Positions 19,330-27,219 of a DNA stretch of 50,890 bases are shown here, one piece after another. The notes below the pieces were generated by a model. It saw nothing but the letters and a program-made list of their open reading frames with translations. It was not told where the DNA came from and did no database searches. Origin of the DNA: a virus (taxonomy: Duplodnaviria > Caudoviricetes); IMG/VR virus record IMGVR_UViG_3300009509_000071, positions 1 to 50,890 of that record. One strand, 5' to 3'. The position numbers were made by a program, and so were the translations under genes. The first letter of the stretch is position 1, and the number at the start of each line of letters is the position of its first letter.

Positions 19330-19907
19330 GCTATCTCCATTTCAAGCGCCTCAGCAGCCTTAATTAATCCATATGCCCAAAGATAAGGCCTAAGCTTCAA
19401 GCTCATACCAAAATCAAAAGCATACTCCCAGTAATCAGCATCTTGGAAGAACTCTGAGCCATAATTTCTAACAAACTCAATCCAGTCATGATGATCGTAA
19501 GTTCTATCTCTCCAGTCATCAAACTCTTCATCATCTATTATTTTTTCATGATCCTCAAAATATTCAATAACGCTTGCAATACATGCATCTTGGTCAAACT
19601 CTTTTAGGCTTTCACTCTCATAGCTAATACACTTCTCAAGGAAGTATCCTAAGCTATTTGAAAATCTGGCCATATCAAAGAAAGTGTTGCTGCTATTATG
19701 CCAAGTAAATGATGCATTTCCATAGTCTCCATTTATATGCAAGTATCCAGACACATATGTGAATATCATATATCCATTTCTTGTATCTGGCCTCCTAAAT
19801 GTAACTATGCAGTCATTCTCTCCAGTATCAAGATCAACTTTTGATACTACATGCTTATCAAAAGTATCACCTCTTTTTTCTATAAAGTCACTCATTCCAT
19901 TAAACAT
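19326..19907 (-). CDS. Acidic hypothetical protein
   Basis: 'L.I.GDYG...F.W ... YF.EK' phage-family-like pattern. Confidence 0.7.
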   Translation of the reverse strand: MFNGMSDFIEKRGDTFDKHVVSKVDLDTGENDCIVTFRRPDTRNGYMIFTYVSGYLHINGDYGNASFTWHNSSNTFFDMARFSNSLGYFLEKCISYESESLKEFDQDACIASVIEYFEDHEKIIDDEEFDDWRDRTYDHHDWIEFVRNYGSEFFQDADYWEYAFDFGMSLKLRPYLWAYGLIKAAEALEMEIA

Positions 19908-19915
19908 AGATACTC

Positions 19916-20197
19916 CTAGTCAAAGCCATTTATTTTTTTGAATTTTCTGCAGCAATTCAAACATCTCTTACTGCTTCCACAGTCACTTAGTCCATGTGCT
20001 TTTTGCACTATAACTTCATACACTGCACCCTCCAAAACAGTATCTGGATGATCTGGATTATTACCACAATATCCTCTCTCTTCTCCAGCCCTTACCCTAA
20101 GTCCACATAGCGCATTTCCGTTTCCGTCATCTATATGTATTTTTTTCATAATGCTACCTAAGCCCAGAAAATATGTGTTGATTTGATTTATCCTCAA
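19916..20197 (-). CDS. Cys-rich hypothetical protein (likely start near 20149)
   Basis: H...ALCG ... C..C motifs. Confidence 0.55.
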   Translation of the reverse strand: MRINQINTYFLGLGSIMKKIHIDDGNGNALCGLRVRAGEERGYCGNNPDHPDTVLEGAVYEVIVQKAHGLSDCGSSKRCLNCCRKFKKINGFD

Positions 20198-20450
20198 TGG
20201 TATTTAAGTCAAATACATCTGATCTCATATTGCTTGAAAACTGATCTATTGCAGCATCCAAAGTGTCAAAAGTATCTGTTATATTTTTTCTTGAAATTTC
20301 ACCATCATCTCCAAAGTACCTTACCTTATATGATATGCTATTTATACTAATCGTTATACTCTCTATGATCCCACTCATTATTGGAGTTTCACATCCGCTA
20401 TCAATGAAAAATACAATTTCACCTACATCTCTTCTTTTTTTCATAATCAA
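20154..20450 (-). CDS. Hypothetical protein
   Basis: Operon-packed ORF. Confidence 0.55.
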   Translation of the reverse strand: MIMKKRRDVGEIVFFIDSGCETPIMSGIIESITISINSISYKVRYFGDDGEISRKNITDTFDTLDAAIDQFSSNMRSDVFDLNTIEDKSNQHIFSGLR

Positions 20451-20740
20451 TCCTTTGTTATTTGTACATTCCTAAAACTCTTTAGGCCATATTTGCTGTT
20501 TTTAATGCTACTGCTATCAATATAGTTGATCAGTGTTGCTGTAGCGCTTATTTTGTCGCCTATGCTCACTTTTGACAATCTCTTTGTCATCTTAATCCAT
20601 GAGTGATCTCTAAAATACTCTCCATTCACATGAACATTTGCAAGTACGATCATCTCATTATTTGTATTTTTATTTAGTGTTATATTCTCGATCACTGCAG
20701 AAACTTCTACAGATGATCCAAGCAATTTTTCAAAATCCAT
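20447..20740 (-). CDS. Hypothetical beta-rich protein (paralogue of 15678..15950)
   Basis: Shared FRDHSWIK..KRL motif; GAGG SD. Confidence 0.7.
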   Translation of the reverse strand: MDFEKLLGSSVEVSAVIENITLNKNTNNEMIVLANVHVNGEYFRDHSWIKMTKRLSKVSIGDKISATATLINYIDSSSIKNSKYGLKSFRNVQITKD

Positions 20741-20748
20741 TCCGTCAC

Positions 20749-20958
20749 CTATGCTACATAAAGCTTTTTTCTAAGATCATATGGGATGCCATCTAATCCA
20801 TACTCAAAAGTATATCCAAGCGCTTCAACATCAATAAGCATTGCAGCGCATTGATCATAGCTTAAACTATCGCATGTATCATACTTCTCAAGTGCAGCCA
20901 TGAGATCATCTGGGATATTTTCATAATCCTCAAATAAGTCAATTTCTACATTTTCCAT
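20749..20958 (-). CDS. Small acidic protein
   Basis: 'DLFEDYENIP...GYTFEYGLDGIPYDLR'. Confidence 0.7.
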   Translation of the reverse strand: MENVEIDLFEDYENIPDDLMAALEKYDTCDSLSYDQCAAMLIDVEALGYTFEYGLDGIPYDLRKKLYVA

Positions 20959-20959
20959 C

Positions 20960-21058
20960 TTACAATCCTATTCCAAACATTACTACAAAAATTATCACTG
21001 CAAGCGCTGGCTTAAATGCCAGCAGCAGCGCTGGTATTACATATAGGTATTTCAACAT
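20960..21058 (-). CDS. Small hydrophobic peptide (32 aa)
   Basis: MLKYLYVIPALLLAFKPALAVIIFVVMFGIGL exactly fills the gap. Confidence 0.45.
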   Translation of the reverse strand: MLKYLYVIPALLLAFKPALAVIIFVVMFGIGL

Positions 21059-21059
21059 G

Positions 21060-21275
21060 CTACTCACCAAGCCTTTCTTTAAGATAATCTATTTTTTCCT
21101 GTAACTCATCTGTATCATTATCAAGTATATTCTCAAGCAGTCTCAGCATACTTTTTTCATCATCTCTGGCAATATTATCACTCCAAGCAGCTCCAAGTAA
21201 GTCTCTTAGCTGCTCCATTTTTTCTACAGTTCTGTAATCTAAATCTATATATGACATCCTGTATCCTTTATGCAA
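21060..21275 (-). CDS. Small acidic helical protein (likely start near 21257)
   Basis: AAGGA SD before MSYIDL. Confidence 0.6.
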   Translation of the reverse strand: MHKGYRMSYIDLDYRTVEKMEQLRDLLGAAWSDNIARDDEKSMLRLLENILDNDTDELQEKIDYLKERLGE

Positions 21276-22557
21276 TTTTCTTTGATTTACTGATCATCTT
21301 GCTAAGTGTATCTTTTTTCACTGCAGCATTTGCAATATGGAATTTTTCAAGTTCAGCCTTAAGCGCATCGATCTCTGCTTTCAACTCTGCTATCTCTGCA
21401 TCTTTTGATTTAATAATAGCATCCTTATTTACTCTTTTTGCCTTTGGCTTTGCCTCACTATATTCAAACGATGATCTATTTTCATTCATACTGAAACTGA
21501 TCTCATCGTATCTATGATGATCATCACCACTATGGTTAAGAATTATAGGCATAATAATCGTCTTAGCTCCATTTGATTTATTGATAAGCATTATAGGTAC
21601 ATTATTTCCATTAAAATGCATCTCAATCTTATTTTCAATGATCGCATCTGAGATATATTTTGCATTAATAGCGAATTTGAAAGGAACTTTTGCGCTATAG
21701 CTACACTCAATCGATGTTTTAGCTCCATTTTCAAGCGACTTTATCTCCATAAGCCCATCATGCATAGTGATCTCGATCTCTTCATATCCCTTTAGCGTAT
21801 CTTGCAGCTTAAGCCCATTTGCCATAACTGTAAATTTATTGCCTAAAGGAACGATCCTGTTTACATCTGGGTATCTACCATAAATAAGCCTCGATCTCTT
21901 CTGTATTCCATCTAATTTAAAATGAGCTATATGATCCTTATCAGATATTTTAAGATCAGTAAGTACGCTACCTTTTTTCAATGCATCCTTTGGAATAATA
22001 ATATCTCCAATATCAGCAGCATCGATCTTGCTTATTGCTAATCGTCTCGTATCTGTAGATGCGATCTGGCCATCTTTAAAGCTAACATAAAGCCCATTTA
22101 ATTCAAATTTAGGATTATTCTTATCTATAGTATCATATATAGCAGTATCCACTAATATCTCACCATCATAGCTAACAATATCATCACTATCAAAATCCAA
22201 GTTTACACGCTCTATATCGCTATCTTTGGCTATATAGTAATCCATAACGATACTACCATTTTCAGAAACTATCTTTACCTTTCCAGCAACATCGATATTT
22301 AGTATAAATTCAACATGATCACCTTTGGCCGCATCTATGAATTTTTTAAACTCTTTAAAGTTTACATCAAAAGAGATCGATGCAGTAGCATCAAATTCAA
22401 CCTCAGTATAAGTCTCTCCATTGCATGTGATAAGCTTAACGCCACTATCAGTTTTTTCAAAAAATAGGTATGCTGCCATCTGGCTTTGATCCTTTTTTTC
22501 AACACTTGCAGCTAATTCTTTTAACGCCTTTTTTAATTCCATTGTACCTAGTATCAT
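21268..22557 (-). CDS. DNA polymerase III beta sliding clamp-like protein with C-terminal coiled coil
   Basis: NNPKFELNGLY, ASTDTRRLA, IIIPK, YGRYPDVNRIVP, INAKYI.D and IIMPI motifs. Confidence 0.85.
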   Translation of the reverse strand: MILGTMELKKALKELAASVEKKDQSQMAAYLFFEKTDSGVKLITCNGETYTEVEFDATASISFDVNFKEFKKFIDAAKGDHVEFILNIDVAGKVKIVSENGSIVMDYYIAKDSDIERVNLDFDSDDIVSYDGEILVDTAIYDTIDKNNPKFELNGLYVSFKDGQIASTDTRRLAISKIDAADIGDIIIPKDALKKGSVLTDLKISDKDHIAHFKLDGIQKRSRLIYGRYPDVNRIVPLGNKFTVMANGLKLQDTLKGYEEIEITMHDGLMEIKSLENGAKTSIECSYSAKVPFKFAINAKYISDAIIENKIEMHFNGNNVPIMLINKSNGAKTIIMPIILNHSGDDHHRYDEISFSMNENRSSFEYSEAKPKAKRVNKDAIIKSKDAEIAELKAEIDALKAELEKFHIANAAVKKDTLSKMISKSKKIA

Positions 22558-22563
22558 TTTTTA

Positions 22564-22635
22564 TCCTTTAAATTTTATTTTTAAGTGTGATAAGCACTTA
22601 ATAAGAGACTCCATAAAGTCTCCTATAATTGCTCA
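22564..22635 (-). repeat. Structured intergenic element, copy 8 (directly after a promoter)
   Basis: GAGCAATTA-TAGGAGACT/AGTCTCTTA-T-TAAGTG..CACTTAA..AAAGGA. Confidence 0.8.
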
Positions 22636-22644
22636 TGTATGCAC

Positions 22645-22674
22645 ATTGTACACAAAATGTGAATTAAATGTCAA
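22645..22674 (-). promoter_or_regulatory. Sigma-70 promoter with operator, upstream of the clamp gene
   Basis: TTGACA-18 bp-TACAAT; the spacer contains CACAAAATGTG, as in pL. Confidence 0.75.
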
Positions 22675-22700
22675 TACCTTTTATGCAATTTGTGATCTTT

Positions 22701-22886
22701 TTAATAAATTTGCTCCATATCCTCAGTCTCATGATCCATTTTTTCATACATTTTACTCTCATCATCACTGCAAAAATCATCACGCCAATTATCCTTATCT
22801 AGTACATCAACGGATACATTTTCATCGTTACTATATACCGCCTGTACTAATCCGCCATCTATAACTATTATAATTTTGCTCATCAC
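22701..22886 (-). CDS. Small acidic protein
   Basis: 'KIIIVIDGGLVQAVYS...VDVLD.D'. Confidence 0.7.
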   Translation of the reverse strand: MMSKIIIVIDGGLVQAVYSNDENVSVDVLDKDNWRDDFCSDDESKMYEKMDHETEDMEQIY

Positions 22887-22895
22887 TTATCCTTT

Positions 22896-23045
22896 TTATC
22901 TTAAGCAATTATGCTCATTTACTAGCTGCACTATGCTCCTAGCAGCGCCTATGATCTTATCTGTATTAACTAATCTCAATTCCCACTTATCTGTATCGTT
23001 ATTGAATTTTAGATATACATCATCCCTATATACTGTATCCATCAT
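22896..23045 (-). CDS. Hypothetical protein (49 aa)
   Basis: MMDTVYRDDVYLKFNN...; follows the SD of an element copy. Confidence 0.6.
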   Translation of the reverse strand: MMDTVYRDDVYLKFNNDTDKWELRLVNTDKIIGAARSIVQLVNEHNCLR

Positions 23046-23048
23046 TTA

Positions 23049-23121
23049 TCCTTTATTGTAAATTTAAGTGAAAAATCACTTAATAAAGCCCACTATGTAA
23101 AAATAGGCTTTATAAATGATT
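23049..23121 (-). repeat. Structured intergenic element, copy 7
   Basis: AATCATTTA-TAAAGCCTA/TGGGCTTTA-T-TAAGTGATT..TCACTTAA..AAAGGA. Confidence 0.85.
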
Positions 23122-23620
23122 ACATGCTCTCCAGTGAATAATCTCCCAGCTGGCCATCTGTACCTATTTCATAGTGAATATAGTTATAGTCTCCCAGTAA
23201 GCTTTTTTTGTCATCATCTTTGATTACATGCACGCCTACATATGCATAGCATGATGGCCTAAAATCGATCCTTATCTCAGCTACTACAGTGATATTTAAG
23301 AGATCACCTATTAAGCCCATATCAGCCCCATTACAGATAAATGATCCAGTATATATGCCGCCATCCTCATGTGGATTATAAATATAATCTGTACTGAGAT
23401 CACATTTTAATTCACTCTCTATACTCTCTTTTATGTTATTTACATAATCCTCTAATACTTTAAAATCATCTAAATATAATTTTTCAGCTATCTCATCAAT
23501 CATGAGATTATAAAAAGTCTCTATATCCATCTCACTATCATTATTTACGATCTTTACAAAATTATCATAACTAATGATCCCAGCCTCTACATTTTCTTTT
23601 AATTTTTCATAATTAATCAT
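23120..23620 (-). CDS. Acidic hypothetical protein
   Basis: D/E-rich, 166 aa. Confidence 0.75.
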   Translation of the reverse strand: MINYEKLKENVEAGIISYDNFVKIVNNDSEMDIETFYNLMIDEIAEKLYLDDFKVLEDYVNNIKESIESELKCDLSTDYIYNPHEDGGIYTGSFICNGADMGLIGDLLNITVVAEIRIDFRPSCYAYVGVHVIKDDDKKSLLGDYNYIHYEIGTDGQLGDYSLESM

Positions 23621-23626
23621 CTTTGA

Positions 23627-23702
23627 TCCTTTAATTTTTAATTTTAAGTATTTGATAAATACTCAATAATGGCCTCACTAAAGGCCACTATGAATATTTT
23701 TA
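23627..23702 (-). repeat. Structured intergenic element, copy 6
   Basis: AAATATTCA-TAGTGGCC/GGCCATTA-T-TGAGTATTT..AAATACTTAA..AAAGGA. Confidence 0.9.
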
Positions 23703-23948
23703 ATCCTGATTATCCCAGCAGCTAAAACATCTCTTTGAGATAATTGATCCATCCTCATCCTCATAATTTTCCTTATAATCCTCATACCACTCATCTATAT
23801 CTCTAAACTCCCAGCTATTAACAAAATCTAATATATCCTCTTTAGTAAGATCACCTCTATTTTTACTAATAAAATCAGATACATCCTCATTAAAGCACCA
23901 CTTAAGATCAGTCTTATAATCCTCTTTAATCTCATTTGTATAATCCAT
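23700..23948 (-). CDS. Very acidic small protein
   Basis: 'DIDEWYEDYKENYEDEDG'. Confidence 0.75.
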   Translation of the reverse strand: MDYTNEIKEDYKTDLKWCFNEDVSDFISKNRGDLTKEDILDFVNSWEFRDIDEWYEDYKENYEDEDGSIISKRCFSCWDNQD

Positions 23949-23949
23949 C

Positions 23950-24147
23950 TTAATTTCCTTTATTCACTAAATTGTTATATATCTCTAATCCATTTTCACT
24001 AAGCGTATCTACATCTAAAAAAGGGCTGGGCTTAAAATATTTTAATATCCCAGATAATCTCATATATTCTATACTACTTTGGCCACTATGATAATCTCTA
24101 AAATAAAGATAATATGCCTCTACAATATCCCATCTATCAAAATACAT
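23950..24147 (-). CDS. Hypothetical protein
   Basis: 'MYFDRWDIVEAYYLY..DYH.GQ.S..Y.RLS'. Confidence 0.75.
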   Translation of the reverse strand: MYFDRWDIVEAYYLYFRDYHSGQSSIEYMRLSGILKYFKPSPFLDVDTLSENGLEIYNNLVNKGN

Positions 24148-24148
24148 C

Positions 24149-24535
24149 TTATACCGCCTCTATGATCTTATTTTCTGGTAAAGTACGCCCATTACGCTTA
24201 TGATTAATCAAGCGCCCTATATGAATAATATCCGCTGCATAATCTGTATTGATCCCATAATGATCAGAAAATTTTTCTACAGTAAGAAAATTATTAAAAT
24301 AATCCAGATAATAATCCTCAGTATTACAGGCTATTATGTTATTTAGTACGCTTAATACCTTTATATCATCAAAATGATCCAGTATAGTCTCTATGGCCTC
24401 TACTATCGAATATTTTTTGTTATACTCAAGCACATAAGATAAGCTACTGATCAGATATTGATCATCAAATGATACATGATCCCCAGTGTAGCTATATTCT
24501 ATCCCACTATATTTTTTTGTTATATATTGCAGCAT
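24149..24535 (-). CDS. Hypothetical protein
   Basis: C-terminal 'YLDYFNNFLTVEKFSDHYGI....A..II..GR..H'. Confidence 0.75.
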   Translation of the reverse strand: MLQYITKKYSGIEYSYTGDHVSFDDQYLISSLSYVLEYNKKYSIVEAIETILDHFDDIKVLSVLNNIIACNTEDYYLDYFNNFLTVEKFSDHYGINTDYAADIIHIGRLINHKRNGRTLPENKIIEAV

Positions 24536-24540
24536 TTAAG

Positions 24541-24617
24541 CCCCTTTAATTTTTAAATTTGAATATTTGAAAAATACTCAAAAATGGGATCATAAAATCC
24601 CACTATGAATATTTTTA
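24541..24617 (-). repeat. Structured intergenic element, copy 5
   Basis: AAAATATTCA-TAGTGGGAT/ATCCCATTT-T-TGAGTATTTT..AAATATTCAA..AAAGGGG. Confidence 0.9.
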
Positions 24618-24884
24618 GATCATTTTTACGATAATTTTTCTATACTCATCCCCAGTCATACTCTTATTTATGATCCCTTTAATACTCTCTATTTGATCCC
24701 TTATTTGATCCAGTAACTTATACATATTATTTATATCTTTAGAAACGATATATCTAATCCCACTATGACTTTTTTCATGATCTTTTTTTTCACTCTCTAT
24801 AGCTGCATTAATAATTTTTCTTTTATGCATCTCTTCATCCACTAAATAACAATATGATCCTACTAATGATAATTTATCCATCAT
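24615..24884 (-). CDS. Hypothetical protein
   Basis: ORF whose stop lies in an element copy. Confidence 0.65.
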   Translation of the reverse strand: MMDKLSLVGSYCYLVDEEMHKRKIINAAIESEKKDHEKSHSGIRYIVSKDINNMYKLLDQIRDQIESIKGIINKSMTGDEYRKIIVKMI

Positions 24885-25051
24885 AAGCCCCTAAACTGCA
24901 AATTTGCATATTTATTTGTAAAGTATGCTATAGAGTGACTATGCCAAGCTATAGCCTTATTTTTATCATTTGTAACCACTGGATCATGTAAAGATGCATT
25001 ACTGCAAAAAACATATTGCCAAGCCCCATTTATAAACACTTGCATTTTCAT
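24881..25051 (-). CDS. Hypothetical protein (56 aa)
   Basis: MKMQVFINGAWQYVFC...; ATGA overlaps on both sides. Confidence 0.6.
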   Translation of the reverse strand: MKMQVFINGAWQYVFCSNASLHDPVVTNDKNKAIAWHSHSIAYFTNKYANLQFRGL

Positions 25052-25569
25052 AATAAGCCCCTTATTTGATCCACAAATAACCTACTATCTTTAAATGCAT
25101 TTACTCCTATATAATTTTCACTAACACTATCTATAAAGCTATACCAAAATTTATTTTCTACTATCGATACACTACAGATAACATCCTCTTTATTTATAGC
25201 CGCTGGGATCATTTTGTCTATTATTAGATAAATATTGCCTCTATATTTTAAGGCCTCTATAGATAGATCGTTACCATTAAAATTAAGATCACATTTGATC
25301 ATCTCTTTTTTACTCATGTTTTTAATTTTTTCAGTAGCTACAATATCTTTTAAAACTACAATAAAGCTATAAAAAACATTATCATCTTTATCTATCTCAT
25401 AGTCACTATTAAAGGCCTCTTTATTATCTTTATATTGACTATAAAGCCCCTCTATATAATCAATATAATTAATCTCATTTTTAAACAAATGAGTCTCTAT
25501 ATAATAACCATCCTCTATGATCTTATAAGCCCTTTTTTTACGATCCACTAATAAGCTATAATCTATCAT
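25048..25569 (-). CDS. Hypothetical protein
   Basis: 173-aa ORF following an element SD. Confidence 0.7.
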   Translation of the reverse strand: MIDYSLLVDRKKRAYKIIEDGYYIETHLFKNEINYIDYIEGLYSQYKDNKEAFNSDYEIDKDDNVFYSFIVVLKDIVATEKIKNMSKKEMIKCDLNFNGNDLSIEALKYRGNIYLIIDKMIPAAINKEDVICSVSIVENKFWYSFIDSVSENYIGVNAFKDSRLFVDQIRGLL

Positions 25570-25576
25570 TTTTAAT

Positions 25577-25649
25577 ACCTTTATGTTTAAATTTAAGCAT
25601 TTAATAAATACTTAATAATGGGCTTAATAAAGCCCACTATAAATATTTA
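25577..25649 (-). repeat. Structured intergenic element, copy 4
   Basis: TAAATATTTA-TAGTGGGCTT/AAGCCCATTA-T-TAAGTATTTA..AAATGCTTAA..AAAGGT. Confidence 0.9.
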
Positions 25650-25955
25650 TAGATAAATAATCTCATTTTGAAAAAAAGAGATAAATTCTATTTTTTCTTT
25701 ACGATCTGATCCATCCATATTGCAATAAAGATCAAGTGTAATTAATGCATTATTTTTATATACTTGCCAAGCATAAGCCCCTGTAATATAATTTTTTAGA
25801 TGATTAGATAAATATTTTTTAAGATCATAAATTGACTTTTTTATCTTATATTCATCTGAGATATTATTATTTAAAAATTCATAGATAATTACATCTTTAA
25901 ACATAAGCTTATTATCTTTAATTTTTAAGCCTTTATATATAGTCTGATCACTCAT
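25647..25955 (-). CDS. Hypothetical protein
   Basis: ORF lying between two element copies. Confidence 0.65.
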   Translation of the reverse strand: MSDQTIYKGLKIKDNKLMFKDVIIYEFLNNNISDEYKIKKSIYDLKKYLSNHLKNYITGAYAWQVYKNNALITLDLYCNMDGSDRKEKIEFISFFQNEIIYL

Positions 25956-25961
25956 TATGCA

Positions 25962-26035
25962 GCCTTTATTTTTAAATTTAAGTAACTAAAATTACTTAAT
26001 AAAGTGATCCTGATCGATCACTCTATAAATAATTA
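25962..26035 (-). repeat. Structured intergenic element, copy 3
   Basis: AATTATTTA-TAGAGTGATC/GATCACTTTA-T-TAAGTAATT..GTTACTTAA..AAAGG. Confidence 0.9.
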
Positions 26036-26212
26036 ATTTAATATGCTATGCTTTACAATATGATTATTATTAATAATCTCTATTTTAAGATCGTTTCTAT
26101 CTTTATTAATCATTTTTATATAGCCCTTTTTTAAATAGTCATTTAATAAGGCCGCCTTTACATGATCTAATATAACCTTATTTTTAAGGCCTTTAATACT
26201 TAATAAAGTCAT
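26033..26212 (-). CDS. Small basic protein (59 aa)
   Basis: MTLLSIKGLKNKVILDHVKAALLNDYLKKGYI...; AAGGGG SD; stop lies in an element. Confidence 0.55.
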   Translation of the reverse strand: MTLLSIKGLKNKVILDHVKAALLNDYLKKGYIKMINKDRNDLKIEIINNNHIVKHSILN

Positions 26213-26295
26213 TTTGATCCCCTTTTAAGATCGTTTATATCCTTGCAAGTAATGCAGCCCTTTTTTATGTAGTAATTTAATTGTATTAAAGTCAT
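26209..26295 (-). CDS. Peptide (28 aa)
   Basis: MTLIQLNYYIKKGCITCKDINDLKRGSK follows an element SD; ATGA overlap with the next ORF. Confidence 0.45.
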   Translation of the reverse strand: MTLIQLNYYIKKGCITCKDINDLKRGSK

Positions 26296-26300
26296 TTTGA

Positions 26301-26375
26301 TCCCTTTAAATTTTTAATTTAAGTATTTATTTAATACTTAATAAGAGGCTGCAGCCCAGCCCCATATAAATATTA
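26301..26375 (-). repeat. Structured intergenic element, copy 2
   Basis: TAATATTTA-TATGGGGCTG/CAGCCTCTTA-T-TAAGTATTA..AATACTTAA..AAAGGGA. Confidence 0.9.
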
Positions 26376-26567
26376 ATATTCACTAATCAAATTAAGATCA
26401 GTGATCCCCTCTTCATCATAATAATCCCAGCCTATAGAATATACATTTCCAGTAATGCTATATAATTTTTCACCATCTGGAGATATTGCATAATCATGTT
26501 TAGTCACTGCATAAACGATCCCATACGCTGCAGCATCTTTTTTGATCTGATCTTTTATTGCATCCAT
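26373..26567 (-). CDS. Small acidic protein
   Basis: 64 aa; stop lies in an element. Confidence 0.65.
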   Translation of the reverse strand: MDAIKDQIKKDAAAYGIVYAVTKHDYAISPDGEKLYSITGNVYSIGWDYYDEEGITDLNLISEY

Positions 26568-26569
26568 AC

Positions 26570-26686
26570 TTAAGCCCCTGTATTAATAAGAGTAATTATA
26601 AATGCAGCCGCTGCAGCTATAGAGATAATAAGCCCCATATTAAGAGGCGCTTTATTTTCTTTAGATAGATTAGAATAAGTGATCAT
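26570..26686 (-). CDS. Small membrane peptide (38 aa)
   Basis: MITYSNLSKENKAPLNMGLIISIAAAAAFIITLINTGA follows an element SD. Confidence 0.5.
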   Translation of the reverse strand: MITYSNLSKENKAPLNMGLIISIAAAAAFIITLINTGA

Positions 26687-26690
26687 TTGA

Positions 26691-26769
26691 TCCCCTTTAA
26701 TTTTAAATTTAAGTCACTGTAAATAAGCGCTTAATAAAGGGCTACAATATAGCCCTCTATAAATGCTTA
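26691..26769 (-). repeat. Structured intergenic element, copy 1
   Basis: TAAGCATTTA-TAGAGGGCTA/TAGCCCTTTA-T-TAAGCGCTTA..GTGACTTAA..AAAGGGG. Confidence 0.88.
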
Positions 26770-27066
26770 AAATGCCTGTATAATAAAGGCCTCTTTATTT
26801 ACTGGTATTAAGATCGTATTATTTTCTATATCCTCTAAAGTCTCATACTCTTCACCATACTCAGACTGAAACGCCTCTAAATTATCATACTCAGTAAAGT
26901 CACAACATAGCGCTATAACATCTAACTCCATTTGTGTATCTGATCCCTCTTCATACTCTTCGATCCAAGCAAATAAAGCCTTTAATCCCTCATAAGAAAA
27001 TTGATCCCCACGCCCCATATTATTAAATGCCTGTATAAAGTCATACTCATTAACTGTATTTATCAT
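26767..27066 (-). CDS. Highly acidic protein, first gene of the leftward array (DNA-mimic/anti-restriction candidate)
   Basis: 'FSYEGLKALF..IEEYEE....ELDVIALCCDFTEY'; roughly a quarter of residues are D/E. Confidence 0.8.
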   Translation of the reverse strand: MINTVNEYDFIQAFNNMGRGDQFSYEGLKALFAWIEEYEEGSDTQMELDVIALCCDFTEYDNLEAFQSEYGEEYETLEDIENNTILIPVNKEAFIIQAF

Positions 27067-27124
27067 TTGTTACCCTTTAAATGTTTAATTTGATCAAGTG
27101 ATCATCATCTCTTAATCTATATAT

Positions 27125-27172
27125 ATTATAGTACAATTTGTGTATAAAGTCAATAGTTTATATACAATTTGT
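27125..27172 (-). promoter_or_regulatory. Strong sigma-70 promoter with two operator copies driving the leftward array
   Basis: TTGACT-17 bp-TATAAT; TACAATTTGTGTATAAA occurs twice (~27132 and ~27163). Confidence 0.85.
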
Positions 27173-27219
27173 GTATAAAATATGATCTTTTTTTTACAAT
27201 ATGCAAGTATAAAAAATAT

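Noticed and set aside
22564-26769. Repeats as a CRISPR array
   Set aside because: The copies are divergent and separated by whole ORFs of variable length, and no cas genes are present.
22564-26769. Repeats as canonical integron attC sites
   Set aside because: The RYYYAAC/GTTRRRY cores are missing and the only recombinase is a P4-type integrase, not IntI. A non-canonical recombination role is not excluded.
22564-26769. Repeats as simple intrinsic terminators
   Set aside because: There is no U-tract on the coding strand, the outer stem has a conserved bulge, and one copy lies immediately after a promoter.
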